Positions 19,574 through 29,270 of a DNA stretch of 64,000 nt are shown piece after piece. Below the pieces are notes generated by a model. That model did not search any database. It saw nothing but the letters and a program-made list of their open reading frames with translations, and was not told where the DNA came from. The position numbers and the translations under genes were made by a program. The stretch comes from Candidatus Eiseniibacteriota bacterium. GTDB taxonomy: Bacteria; Eisenbacteria; RBG-16-71-46; CAZAMP01. The stretch is from contig OZ245046.1 in the NCBI GenBank assembly GCA_965224245.1, forward strand, positions 5,152,001-5,216,000, given 5' to 3'. Positions within the stretch are counted from its first letter, which is position 1. Each line of letters opens with the position of its first letter.

Positions 19574-21216
19574 ATGATGTACTCGTCGCGTCCGGCGGGG
19601 CCGATCACGAATGGCAGTGGGCCGACGGCGCTGGAGTAGAAGCCGGCGCCGACGTCCCAGCACGTGGTCTGGATCCAGCGACGGTCCACCGTCACGAGGT
19701 CGATGCGGGAGGCGACTGTCTCATCGGGAAGAAAGACATGAGCGTTGCTGCGAGGGACGACGAGACGATCGCCCCGGACGCCGATGGGCCGGCGGGAGTC
19801 CTCGTGAACGGCGCCGCCCCGTTCCATGTAGTACTGGAAGCCCCAGTGTCCGAAGAACAGTGTCCGCTCTCCGCGGGTGACCGCGAGCGAGCGAGCCGCT
19901 CGGCGAACGTCGTTCGCCCACACCATGTCGCCCCACGCCACGACGGCGGCCACCGCGAACGCCGGCACGAGACGCAGTCCGGAGCGGAAGCGCCGCCAGT
20001 CGATCCGTGCCAGCTCCGGGCGCCGGGCCAGGACGATGGCCATTGCCGGCACCAGAGGCAGAATCGAGCGCCCGTTGTTCGACCAGTTGACGTACGTCGC
20101 GAAGAAGGCGGTTCCGCCGATCCACGCGGCCAGGAGAATGGCCGTCGGCGACCCCCGCTGTCGGAGGACGTCCTCGACCGTGGTCCAGACGACGGCCAAC
20201 CCCGCGAGCAGGAACACACCCAGCTGTAGCGTGTGGTGCCAGCGCGCAATCCGTACGATCCCCGGTGCATCGTACAGGCGCTGGGCGAAGGCGGCGGCGA
20301 CCAGCGCGCTCCCGAGGGTCAGGGCGATCCTCCAGCGCCACGGCCAACGACAGAAGGCGACCGGCAGCGCCACCAGTACGCATCCGCCGAGGAACGCGAG
20401 TCCGACGACGGTCTGATCGACGACCGTGAGCGGAGTGCGTCGTCCCGCGGCGTAGAGCGCGGCCTCGAAGAAGAGCCCGCGTCCGTACATGGCGCGGGTC
20501 AGCATCTCGTAGCCGAGCCACATCCCGAGCGGGAGGGCGAGCGGCGGCAGCCACACCGCCAGGCGTCGGGTCCGGAGGAGCGCGTAGAGCACGAGGAGCG
20601 GCAGCAGCGCCACCGCGAAGTACTTCGTCAGCGCCGCCACCCCGCACAGTGCGGCCGCGAGCACGAGACGACGAAGCGTCCGCCCGTCCGCCGGGTCGCC
20701 ACCCGCCAGGCTGTCGATTCCTCGCATCCACAGCCACAGCGACGGCAACCAGAGTGCGAGCATCGAGACGTCGCACATGATGGTCGTGCTGGACACCAGG
20801 AACGCCGGCGTAGCCGTCGCCACGAGCGCCGCAAGCAGCGGCGCGGCGCCCATGCGTGCGGCCAGGAGATACACGAAAACCATCGAGACGAGCGCCGGCA
20901 CCATGAAGCCGAGATGACACGCGATCTCGGACCACCCGAAGACCGCGGTGACCGCGGCGAGATAGTAGCCCGCCAGCGGGGGGTTCCTCGTGACGTCGAA
21001 CATCGGCGCGGCGTATCCGTACCAGTTCACGTCGAAGCCAAAGAAGTCGCCGGGACTGGCATGGATCTGCCTTGCCAGTGCCAGGAACAGCGTATCGTCG
21101 ATCGTGAATGCCTTGTTCACGAACGGCAGGTGAACCGCCAGTCCGATGACCACGACGAGGAGGAGCTGGCGTCTCGAGCGCGCGACGCCCGTCATGTCAG
21201 CTCCGTCCGCGCTCAC
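19558..21216 (-). CDS. ArnT/PMT-like GT-C glycosyltransferase
   Basis: FTIDDTLF, NPPL, MCDV, LTKY. Multiple TM helices. Confidence 0.75.
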   Translation of the reverse strand: MSADGADMTGVARSRRQLLLVVVIGLAVHLPFVNKAFTIDDTLFLALARQIHASPGDFFGFDVNWYGYAAPMFDVTRNPPLAGYYLAAVTAVFGWSEIACHLGFMVPALVSMVFVYLLAARMGAAPLLAALVATATPAFLVSSTTIMCDVSMLALWLPSLWLWMRGIDSLAGGDPADGRTLRRLVLAAALCGVAALTKYFAVALLPLLVLYALLRTRRLAVWLPPLALPLGMWLGYEMLTRAMYGRGLFFEAALYAAGRRTPLTVVDQTVVGLAFLGGCVLVALPVAFCRWPWRWRIALTLGSALVAAAFAQRLYDAPGIVRIARWHHTLQLGVFLLAGLAVVWTTVEDVLRQRGSPTAILLAAWIGGTAFFATYVNWSNNGRSILPLVPAMAIVLARRPELARIDWRRFRSGLRLVPAFAVAAVVAWGDMVWANDVRRAARSLAVTRGERTLFFGHWGFQYYMERGGAVHEDSRRPIGVRGDRLVVPRSNAHVFLPDETVASRIDLVTVDRRWIQTTCWDVGAGFYSSAVGPLPFVIGPAGRDEYIIYRLR

Positions 21217-22201
21217 GGAGGCCCGACACGTACAGCATGCCGAGCGCCGCCACCGCCAGTGTGTTCAAGCGGTAGGCCAGCGCGATGATGCCGCCCGGTC
21301 CATCGTCCGTCCCGCCGAAGAGCGCGAGACCATAGAGCTCCGTCAGTGCCAGCTCCGTCGTGCCCAGCCCGGCCGGCGTGATCGGGAGCGCCGCGATCAG
21401 CGACGCGATCGGCATAATCACGAAGTGATTCGACAGCGAGGGCACCGCGGGGGCGATCGCGGTGGCGACGAGCCAGAGCGCGAGCGCAGAGAGTGCATGA
21501 ACGCCCACGCTCATTGCGAAGGCCAGCGCGACGACCCCCGGCGCTCGTCCGAACGCATGAAGTGACGCGATGAGCTGCCCCACGACTCGTCTGAGGCGGG
21601 AGGACGTCTGATCGTCCCTGCGGTCGACGGGTCGGCTGCCGTGCCACTCCCGCCGGGAGAGCATGGTGAGCACCGCTCCGACGAGAAGCGTCGCGAGGAC
21701 GCTCGCACCCGCCACTGCCGGCATCTCCGATCGGATGTGCGGGCTCGCGACGAGTGCCGCACCGACGAAGATCGCGAGACCATACATGCCCACGATGCGA
21801 TCCATGATCACCGACGCCAGCGCCGCGCCGTGGGACCCGGAGCGCCTTCGGCCCAATGAGGCGGCCTTGAACACGTCGCCGCCGGCGCTCCCGAACGACG
21901 CGAAGCTGAACAGGTAGCCGAGAAAGCCCAGACGGAACGCCTCGCGCAGTGTCAGCCGCAGCCCGAGGGCACGGACCAGGCAGCGCCATCGGATGAAGGT
22001 GACCGACACCGCTGCCAGCAGGGTCACGAGCGCCATCGCGAACGTGACCCCGCTCTTCGGCTGATCTCTGAACCGTCGCCAGTCATCCGGGGGGATGGTC
22101 ATGACCACCCAGGCGAGAATGCCGAACGGAAGGAGTAGCTTCAGCGCGGAGATCGCGGCCGCACGCGTGGACGCTCCGGGCGCACGCGGTCGCTCATCCA
22201 C
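21197..22201 (-). CDS. Lysylphosphatidylglycerol synthase TM-domain (UPF0104, flippase-like) protein
   Basis: [31 protein letters not shown]. Confidence 0.85.
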   Translation of the reverse strand: MDERPRAPGASTRAAAISALKLLLPFGILAWVVMTIPPDDWRRFRDQPKSGVTFAMALVTLLAAVSVTFIRWRCLVRALGLRLTLREAFRLGFLGYLFSFASFGSAGGDVFKAASLGRRRSGSHGAALASVIMDRIVGMYGLAIFVGAALVASPHIRSEMPAVAGASVLATLLVGAVLTMLSRREWHGSRPVDRRDDQTSSRLRRVVGQLIASLHAFGRAPGVVALAFAMSVGVHALSALALWLVATAIAPAVPSLSNHFVIMPIASLIAALPITPAGLGTTELALTELYGLALFGGTDDGPGGIIALAYRLNTLAVAALGMLYVSGLRERGRS

Positions 22202-23000
22202 CGCGAATGCCCTCGTCGGACGCCGCGGATGACGGCACCGTCACGTCGGCATCCGGCACCACGGGCCGGAATAGTGGGCTCTGGTAGAGGCCAGTGCGCC
22301 AGAGGCGATACTCGAGGGAGGTTCGCAACACGCCGATCCCATATCGACATGCGCGGCGCAGTCCGATCGAGCTCGCCTCGGGAAAGTACTTGGTCGGACA
22401 CGAGATCTCCCCCACGCGGAAGCCGAAGGCGAGGCACTGCGTCAACATCTGATTGTCGAACACGAAGTCGTCGGAGTTGCGCTCGAGCGGCAGCGTCTCC
22501 AGGACGCGGCGCGAGAACGCACGATACCCCGTGTGGAACTCGGAGAGCTTCGACGCCAGGAGGACGTTTTGCACGAGCGTGAGCGCCCGGTTCGAGACCA
22601 GCTTGTACAGCGGCATGCCGCCACTTCTGGCCGTCGCGCCGAGGATGCGAGAGCCGATCACGACGTCGTACACGTCGGAGGCGACCATCCCCGCCATCGG
22701 CGTCACGAGCCGTGGCTCATACTGATAGTCGGGGTGCAGCATCACGACGATGTCGGCACCCAGCCCGAGCGCCTCCCGGTAGCACGTCTTCTGATTCGCA
22801 CCGTACCCTCTGTTCTCCGGGTGTACTATCGTATGAATGCCGAGATGGCGAGCGATGGCCGCGGTGTCGTCGTCGCTTCCATCGTCTACCAGGAGACAGT
22901 GGTCGACGATGTCGTGAGGGATGGCGCGGTGCGTCTTCTCGAGCGTCCGTGCCGCCCGAAAGGCGGGCAAGACGACGACGATTCGCTTGGACGCGAGCAT
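22194..23000 (-). CDS. GT2 glycosyltransferase (polyprenol-phosphate sugar synthase-like)
   Basis: [42 protein letters not shown] at 23000. Confidence 0.9.
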   Translation of the reverse strand: MLASKRIVVVLPAFRAARTLEKTHRAIPHDIVDHCLLVDDGSDDDTAAIARHLGIHTIVHPENRGYGANQKTCYREALGLGADIVVMLHPDYQYEPRLVTPMAGMVASDVYDVVIGSRILGATARSGGMPLYKLVSNRALTLVQNVLLASKLSEFHTGYRAFSRRVLETLPLERNSDDFVFDNQMLTQCLAFGFRVGEISCPTKYFPEASSIGLRRACRYGIGVLRTSLEYRLWRTGLYQSPLFRPVVPDADVTVPSSAASDEGIRGG

Positions 23001-23182
23001 TGGTGATCCAGATCCTGGAGACGGGACGTCGCGCGACGGCGGAGGGCCGCGATCTCGAACCCGAGGATGATACCAGAGTACTTCAACCGGGGGACGGCTT
23101 CGGCGAACCGAGGCGCGTCTCGCCGTACGCACGCCCTGCGACGAGCCGACCGCGGAGCACTCGCAGTCGAGGATCGACACCC

Positions 23183-24196
23183 ATGAAGCCACGTTCGAAG
23201 AGATCTCACGCGGCGACGCTGGCGGCGTTGGTCGGGCTGGTGGCCGGCTGCGGGTCGCTCACGGGGCGCCACGACGTCGACGACGAGCTGGCACGTGCCG
23301 GGCCCACGACGATCCGGATCCTGGCCACCGCCCGCACCGATGGCGAGACCGATCCCTGTCCGTGACGGTCGGCGCCCGGACAGGGCGGGCTGGCCCGGCG
23401 GGCCACGCTTCTCGACTCGTTGCGGGCAGAGGATCCGGATCTGCTCGTGGTCGACGCCGGCGACTTCTGCGAGCACGATGGGCCGCTCGCGGTGGAGAAG
23501 AGCGCCTTCATCCTCAGCATGATGCAGGAGATGGGCTACGACGCCGTGGCACTGGGTCCGAGGGAGCTGGCGATCGCCGGCGACCTGTCGCACGCGATCG
23601 AGGATACCCGTGGCATCGTTCTCTCGAACGCGACCGACGCCATCGATCGATCACTCTCGCCTGAGCGCCACGTCGTCAAGCAAGTCGGAGGCACGAGAGT
23701 GGGCGTCTTTGCGCTCGTGCAGCCCGAGGCCGCCGGCGGCTCGGCCGCCGACGCCCTCCCCGAGCTCGTCGCCGCCGCCGAGCGCACGTTGCGAGATCTC
23801 CGCGCGGAGCGAGCCGGCTTCACGGTGCTGCTCTGTCAGCTCGATGCCGTGGTGACGGACACGCTTCTCAGACGGATCACAGGCGTGGACCTGGTCGTGA
23901 TGGGAGACACGCCCGTTGCACGCATTCGGGACCGTATCGAGAGCACCGTGCCCCTGGTCGTGTACCCGGGAGGAAAGGGACGCTCAGTGACGATCGTCGA
24001 CGTGAGCGTCGACGCGTCCGGTACCGTCGTCGACGGCCAGGCCCGGATGGTCCTCCTGAACGCGCACATTCCGCTGGATCCGCGAGTCCACGCGCGGGTC
24101 TCGGTCATGAACGCCCGCATCCGGGAGGAGCGGATGCGGATCTTCCGGGAGAGCCGGGGGCTGGGCGACGGTAGAGAGGTGTCGGACGATCCGTGA
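23183..24196 (+). CDS. Probable selenoprotein: UshA/5'-nucleotidase-like lipoprotein with a C-P-U motif (in-frame TGA 23363-23365)
   Basis: ATG 23183 after GAGGA, lipobox VAGC. Reading through TGA gives ...[43 protein letters not shown]..., continuous with ORF 23420..24196 in the same frame (337 aa). Confidence 0.8.
23367..23395 (+). other. Candidate bacterial SECIS hairpin
   Basis: GGTCGG-CGCCC-[GGACA]-GGGCG-gg-CTGGCC begins 1 nt after the TGA. The apical loop starts with G. Confidence 0.5.
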
Positions 24197-24335
24197 GTCC
24201 GGCGACCCGCGAGGGCTCGTGGGTCGGTGGCGGGACCGCCTCGATCCGTCTGATGACGGATACCGGTCGGCAGAGGGCGTCCCTCCGGGTGCGGGGTCTC
24301 GCACCCGGAGGTGACGTGACGCGAGGATCAGCTCG

Positions 24336-25973
24336 TCACTTGCCCGGGCACTGGCTGACCACGCTGGAGTCGATGCCCTTGTTGCCGTAGTTCTTGTCGA
24401 AGTACGCCGAGAACTCCGCCGCGAGCTTCTTCGCTCGCGCATCGTACGCGGACGGGTCCTTCCACGTGTTCCGCGGCGCCAGCATCGTCGAGTCGATACC
24501 CGGCACCTCGTTGGGAACGTTCACGTGGAAGAGCGGATCCTCGGTGTACGAGACCTTCTCCAGCGTGCCGTCGAGAGCCGCATGGACGAGGCTCCGCGTC
24601 AGGTTGATGTCCATCCGTGAGCCCTCACCGTACGGGCCGCCGCTCCAGCCGGTGTTGACCAGGTACACGTTGGTCTTGTGCTCCTTCATCTTCCTGCCCA
24701 GGAGCGATGCGTAGTCGTCGGGGTTGCGCGGCATGAACGGCGCGCCGAAGAAACGCGAGAACGCGGTCTGCGGCTCGGTGACGCCGCGTTCGGTGCCCGC
24801 CAGCTTCGAGGTGTAGCCCATCATGAACCACAGCATTGCCTGCGCGGCGTTCAGCTTGGCCACCGGCGGCAGCACGCCGTTCGCGTCGGCGGTCAGGAAG
24901 ATGATGTTCGACGGATGCGTCGAGATCGGCGGCGTCTTGATGTGCTCGAGGAAGCTCAGCGGATACGACACGCGTGAGTTCTCGGTCAGGCGGCCGTCGT
25001 CGACGTCGAAGCTGCCGTCGGCCAGCATGAAGCAGTTCTCGATCAGCGCGCCGTGGGCGAGAGGGTCGGACTTGTGGAACGTGGCGTTCCAGATCTCCGG
25101 CTCCTTGTCTTGACGCAGGTTGATCAGCTTCGCGTAGCAGCCGTTCTCGAAGTTCGCGATGCCGTCGTCGCTCCAGCCGTGCTCGTCGTCGCCGAGGAGC
25201 AAGCGCCGCGGATCGGCCGAGAGCGTCGTCTTGCCGGTGCCCGAGAGGCCGAGGAAGAGTGCACAGTCGCCCGCTTGACCCTCGTTCGCCGAGCAGTGGA
25301 GCGGCAGAATGCCCTGGTCGGGAAGCAGGAAGTTCATGACCGTGAACATCAGCTTCTTGACGCTGCCGGCGTACGCGTTGCCGTACACGAGCCCCAGACG
25401 CCGATCGAAGTCCATCGCGATCGCCATGTTGGAGCGAAGCCGTCCCTGGTACGCGTCGAAGTTGATGCGGTCGTACGGGAGCACCAGGAGCTTGAAGCCT
25501 CGGCTCGCGTAGACGCTGGTCTCGATCTTGTCCGGGATGGGACGGAACATGTTGTCGGTGAAGAGCATCGTGGCCGCCCGATCGGAGACCGTGCGGATCG
25601 GGAGCGCGTACGCAGGATCGGCGCCGACGGTGCGGTCGGTGTAGTACACCGTCTTCTTCATGGCCAGGATCTTCAGCGCGTCGTTCCAGAGGTCGTCGAA
25701 CGTCGACGGCTCCATCGGAATGCAGTTGGGAGAGTCCCAGTCGATCTTGCCTTCGCTCTCGGAGTGGCGAACGATGAACGTGTCCTTCGGGCTGCGGCCC
25801 GTGCAATCAGACGGCGTGAACGTCGCGATCGCACCTCCGGCCGACGCGAACCCTTCCTTGTTGTCCAGGACGTGGCGGATCAGGTTGCGCCGGGGGAGGT
25901 TCGCGTTGACCCCGATGTGGTGTTCGAGCACGCGATCGAGGCCCTTGCCGAGTGTGTCTACCGTGTGTGACAT
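24336..25973 (-). CDS. pckA: Phosphoenolpyruvate carboxykinase (ATP)
   Basis: TGRSPKD, YAGSVKK, LHCSAN, GLSGTGKTTLS (P-loop), GDDEHGW, ENGCYAK, LVNTGWSGG. Confidence 0.95.
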   Translation of the reverse strand: MSHTVDTLGKGLDRVLEHHIGVNANLPRRNLIRHVLDNKEGFASAGGAIATFTPSDCTGRSPKDTFIVRHSESEGKIDWDSPNCIPMEPSTFDDLWNDALKILAMKKTVYYTDRTVGADPAYALPIRTVSDRAATMLFTDNMFRPIPDKIETSVYASRGFKLLVLPYDRINFDAYQGRLRSNMAIAMDFDRRLGLVYGNAYAGSVKKLMFTVMNFLLPDQGILPLHCSANEGQAGDCALFLGLSGTGKTTLSADPRRLLLGDDEHGWSDDGIANFENGCYAKLINLRQDKEPEIWNATFHKSDPLAHGALIENCFMLADGSFDVDDGRLTENSRVSYPLSFLEHIKTPPISTHPSNIIFLTADANGVLPPVAKLNAAQAMLWFMMGYTSKLAGTERGVTEPQTAFSRFFGAPFMPRNPDDYASLLGRKMKEHKTNVYLVNTGWSGGPYGEGSRMDINLTRSLVHAALDGTLEKVSYTEDPLFHVNVPNEVPGIDSTMLAPRNTWKDPSAYDARAKKLAAEFSAYFDKNYGNKGIDSSVVSQCPGK

Positions 25974-26406
25974 CGAAGTATCCTCTCGCAGGCTCCAACG
26001 GCGCGCGAGACGTTCGTGCGCGGGGAGCTGACTTGAATGCGCTCGAGTCCCAGAAAGCCGAAGAGCATAGGCGAGCGCTCCGTCGCGCGACAACTTGCGG
26101 AAACCCGAAACGGAATATTCGCCTGTCGCTATGTCAGGGCGGAGTCCGCGAGCGCCATCGGACCCATCGCACCGATCTCGACTCACGTTCACATCCGGCT
26201 CCGACGGCCATGCCGTCCGGGTCACGGTCGAGAGGTGCCCGACGTCCCGGCGCGCGCGGGCGCGCTCACGTGGGGGTCTCGCGGCCCTCGGCCGCGGGCG
26301 GCGATCGGCCGGACAGCGGGCGCGCCCGTGGGCGGCACGACCCGCGCGGGCTCGCGTGGTAGGATCTGTCGCCACCGATCCCGCACACGTGACCAGGAGC
26401 CCCGCC

Positions 26407-27768
26407 GTGACCCTCGAGCAATACGTGAACGACAACCGACGCCGGACGCTGGACGAGCTCGTTGAGCTGCTCCGGGTGCCGAGCGTCAGCACCGATCCCG
26501 CCCGTGCGGCGGACGTGGCGCGCTGCGCGCGTCTCGTCGAAGCGCGCCTCGCCGAGGTGGGGCTGTCCACGCGCATCTACGACACCCCCGGTCATCCGAT
26601 CGTCTACGGCGAGCGGCTGGGCCGCGAGGATCAGCCGACGCTCCTGATCTACGGGCACTACGACGTGCAGCCGCCCGATCCGCTCGCGCGGTGGCGATAC
26701 GGGCCATTCGAGCCGACCCTCGAAGAGGGCCGGCTGATCGCGCGTGGAGCCAGTGACGACAAGGGCCAGTTCTACGCCCTCGTGAAAGGCATCGAGGCCG
26801 CCCGCGCGACCTACGGCGACGTCCCGATCAACGTGAAGGTGCTGATCGAGGGCGAGGAGGAGATCGGGAGCCCGAACCTCGCGCCGTTCGTGCACCAGAG
26901 CCGTGCGCTCCTGGCGTCCGACGTGTGCCTGATCTCCGACGGCGCGCAGTTCGGACCAGGCCAGCCCGCGATCACATATGGGCTCAAGGGGCTCTGCTAT
27001 CTGGAGATGACCCTGACCGGACCCCAGAAGGATCTGCACTCGGGGGGGTTCGGGGGGACGGTGGCCAACCCGGCCAACGTGCTCGCACGCGTCATCGCCT
27101 CCTGTCAGGCGCCCGACGGCACGGTGACGATCCCGGGCTTCTACGACGACGTGGTCCCGATCGACGAGGATGAGCGGGCCCGCATCGCCGCCCTGCCGTT
27201 CGACGAGTCGGTTTACCTCGACGAGATCGGCTCGCCCGCCGCGACCGGCGAGCCCGGATACTCCACGCTGGAGCGCCGGTGGGCGCGTCCGACCTTCGAC
27301 GTGAACGGGCTCTCGAGCGGCTTCACCGGTGACGGGGCCAAGACGGTGCTGCCGTCGACGGCGATGGCGAAGTTCTCGATGCGACTCGTGCCCGACCAGG
27401 ATCCCGATCGCATCGTGCGGCTGGTCACCGCGCATCTCCGGCGGGTCACACCGGAGAGCGTGACCCTGGACGTGAAGCCCTTCCACACCGGGCGACCGAT
27501 TCTCCAGCCGATCGACAGCGAGCCCGTGCGGGCGGCGACGCGGGCGCTCGAGGCGGCGTTCGGCTGCGCGCCGGTGCACGTGCGCGACGGCGGGACGATC
27601 CCGGTCGTGGCCACGTTTCGCGAGGAGCTCGGCGTCGACTCGCTCCTCCTGGGGCTCGGTCAGGCCACCGACAATGCGCACTCGCCGAACGAGCAGTTCG
27701 ACGTCGACGCCTTCCATCGTGGTCAGGTGATGATGGGAGCCCTGCTCCACGAGCTCCGGCGTGGCTGA
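26407..27768 (+). CDS. M20 family dipeptidase
   Basis: YGHYDVQP, ARGASDDKGQ, EGEEEIGS, DLHSG, NAHSPNE. Confidence 0.92.
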   Translation: MTLEQYVNDNRRRTLDELVELLRVPSVSTDPARAADVARCARLVEARLAEVGLSTRIYDTPGHPIVYGERLGREDQPTLLIYGHYDVQPPDPLARWRYGPFEPTLEEGRLIARGASDDKGQFYALVKGIEAARATYGDVPINVKVLIEGEEEIGSPNLAPFVHQSRALLASDVCLISDGAQFGPGQPAITYGLKGLCYLEMTLTGPQKDLHSGGFGGTVANPANVLARVIASCQAPDGTVTIPGFYDDVVPIDEDERARIAALPFDESVYLDEIGSPAATGEPGYSTLERRWARPTFDVNGLSSGFTGDGAKTVLPSTAMAKFSMRLVPDQDPDRIVRLVTAHLRRVTPESVTLDVKPFHTGRPILQPIDSEPVRAATRALEAAFGCAPVHVRDGGTIPVVATFREELGVDSLLLGLGQATDNAHSPNEQFDVDAFHRGQVMMGALLHELRRG

Positions 27769-29146
27769 GACGGACGTCGGGTCGGGCTCCGGTCCGGGCG
27801 AGCACGACCCGCGACCGGTCACGCAGCGGGACGTGCTCCGAACCTGGTGGCCGCTCGCCGCGAGCTGGGTCATGATGGGGCTCGAGATGCCGATGGTCAG
27901 CGCGGTCATGGCCCGGCTCACGAATCCCGAGATCTCCCTGGCCGCGTACGGCGGCATCGTGTTTCCGCTGGCGCTGTTGATCGAGGCGCCGATCATCATG
28001 GTGCTCGCGGCGTCGACGGCGTTGTCGCGGGACTGGCCGTCGTATCGTCGCCTCCGTCGGTTCGTGGTCACCGCCGGCGTCTCGCTCACCAGCATTCACG
28101 TGCTGGTCGCGTTCACACCACTCTTCGACGTCGTGATCGGTGCGCTCGGATCCCCCGAGGAGATCCGTGGCGCGGGTCGTCTGGGGCTCATGATCCTGAC
28201 CCCGTGGACGGGATCGATCGCGATCCGTCGATTCCAGCAGGGCGTGCTCATCCGCTTCGGACGATCGGGTGTGGTGGGAACGGGCACCGTGGTCCGGCTG
28301 CTCGCGAACGCGTCGGTGCTGGCGGTCGGCGTCGCCATCGGCTCGCTCGAGGGGATCGTGGTGGCCGCGGCCGGTGTGTCGATGGGCGTCATCGCCGAGG
28401 CCGTGTTCGTCAACCGGGTGGTGCAGCCCGTGCTCCGCGATCGGCTCCGTCCGGCCGTCCCGGAAGGGGAGCCGCTCTCCTGGCTGGCGCTCCTGCGTTT
28501 CTACACGCCGCTGGCCATGACCCCCCTGCTCGGGCTCCTCGTGCTTCCGATCGGGAGCGCCGCGATGAGCCGCATGCCGAATCCCATCGCGTCGCTCGCG
28601 GTGTGGCCCGTGCTGTCCGGCATCACGTTCACGCTCCGGAGCCTGGGCATCGCGCTCAACGAGGTCGTCGTCGCGCTCCTGGATCGACCGAACGCGGCCT
28701 CCGCGCTGCGCAGCTTCTCGGTGCGACTGGCCGGCGCGAACACCCTTCTCCTGGTGCTGATCGCGGCCACGCCGCTGTCCACGGTCTGGTTTGCGCACGT
28801 GTCGGCGCTGAGTCCGGAGCTGACCGAGCTCGCCAGACGGGTGGTCTGGGTGCCCATCCTGGCGCCGGCATTCGGCGTATTCCAGAGCTGGTACCAGGGC
28901 ACGCTCGTGCACAGTCGCCGGACGCGGGCGATCACCGAGGCGGTCGCGATCAACGTGGCCGTGGTGCTCGTCATCGTGGCGATCGGGATCTCGACGCAGG
29001 CCGTGACGGGCATCTACGTCGGGCTTCTGGCAAACTCGCTGGGACTCGGTGCCCAGATGGCCTGGGTTCGCCACCGGAGCCGATCGGTGCGACGGCGCCT
29101 GTCGGCGACCCCGACGCTGCTCCGCGAGGCACCGTCGGTGACGTGA
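27761..29146 (+). CDS. Polytopic membrane protein, MATE/MOP-like (ANKH-like) transporter
   Basis: About 12 TM segments. Internal two-fold repeat (WWPLAASW...ARL / FYTPLAMT...SRM; RRFQQGVLI / QSWYQGTLV). Confidence 0.65.
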   Translation: MAETDVGSGSGPGEHDPRPVTQRDVLRTWWPLAASWVMMGLEMPMVSAVMARLTNPEISLAAYGGIVFPLALLIEAPIIMVLAASTALSRDWPSYRRLRRFVVTAGVSLTSIHVLVAFTPLFDVVIGALGSPEEIRGAGRLGLMILTPWTGSIAIRRFQQGVLIRFGRSGVVGTGTVVRLLANASVLAVGVAIGSLEGIVVAAAGVSMGVIAEAVFVNRVVQPVLRDRLRPAVPEGEPLSWLALLRFYTPLAMTPLLGLLVLPIGSAAMSRMPNPIASLAVWPVLSGITFTLRSLGIALNEVVVALLDRPNAASALRSFSVRLAGANTLLLVLIAATPLSTVWFAHVSALSPELTELARRVVWVPILAPAFGVFQSWYQGTLVHSRRTRAITEAVAINVAVVLVIVAIGISTQAVTGIYVGLLANSLGLGAQMAWVRHRSRSVRRRLSATPTLLREAPSVT

Positions 29147-29270
29147 TGCCTCGCGGTGTCTCCCGGAGTCGGATCTCGTGCACACTTCCAGACCGCCAGC
29201 TGAACGATCCGGTCCATCGCGCCCGGGCTCGTGGCCGCGCCTCGCACGCGGGCGAGGCCTCGGCGGAGCG

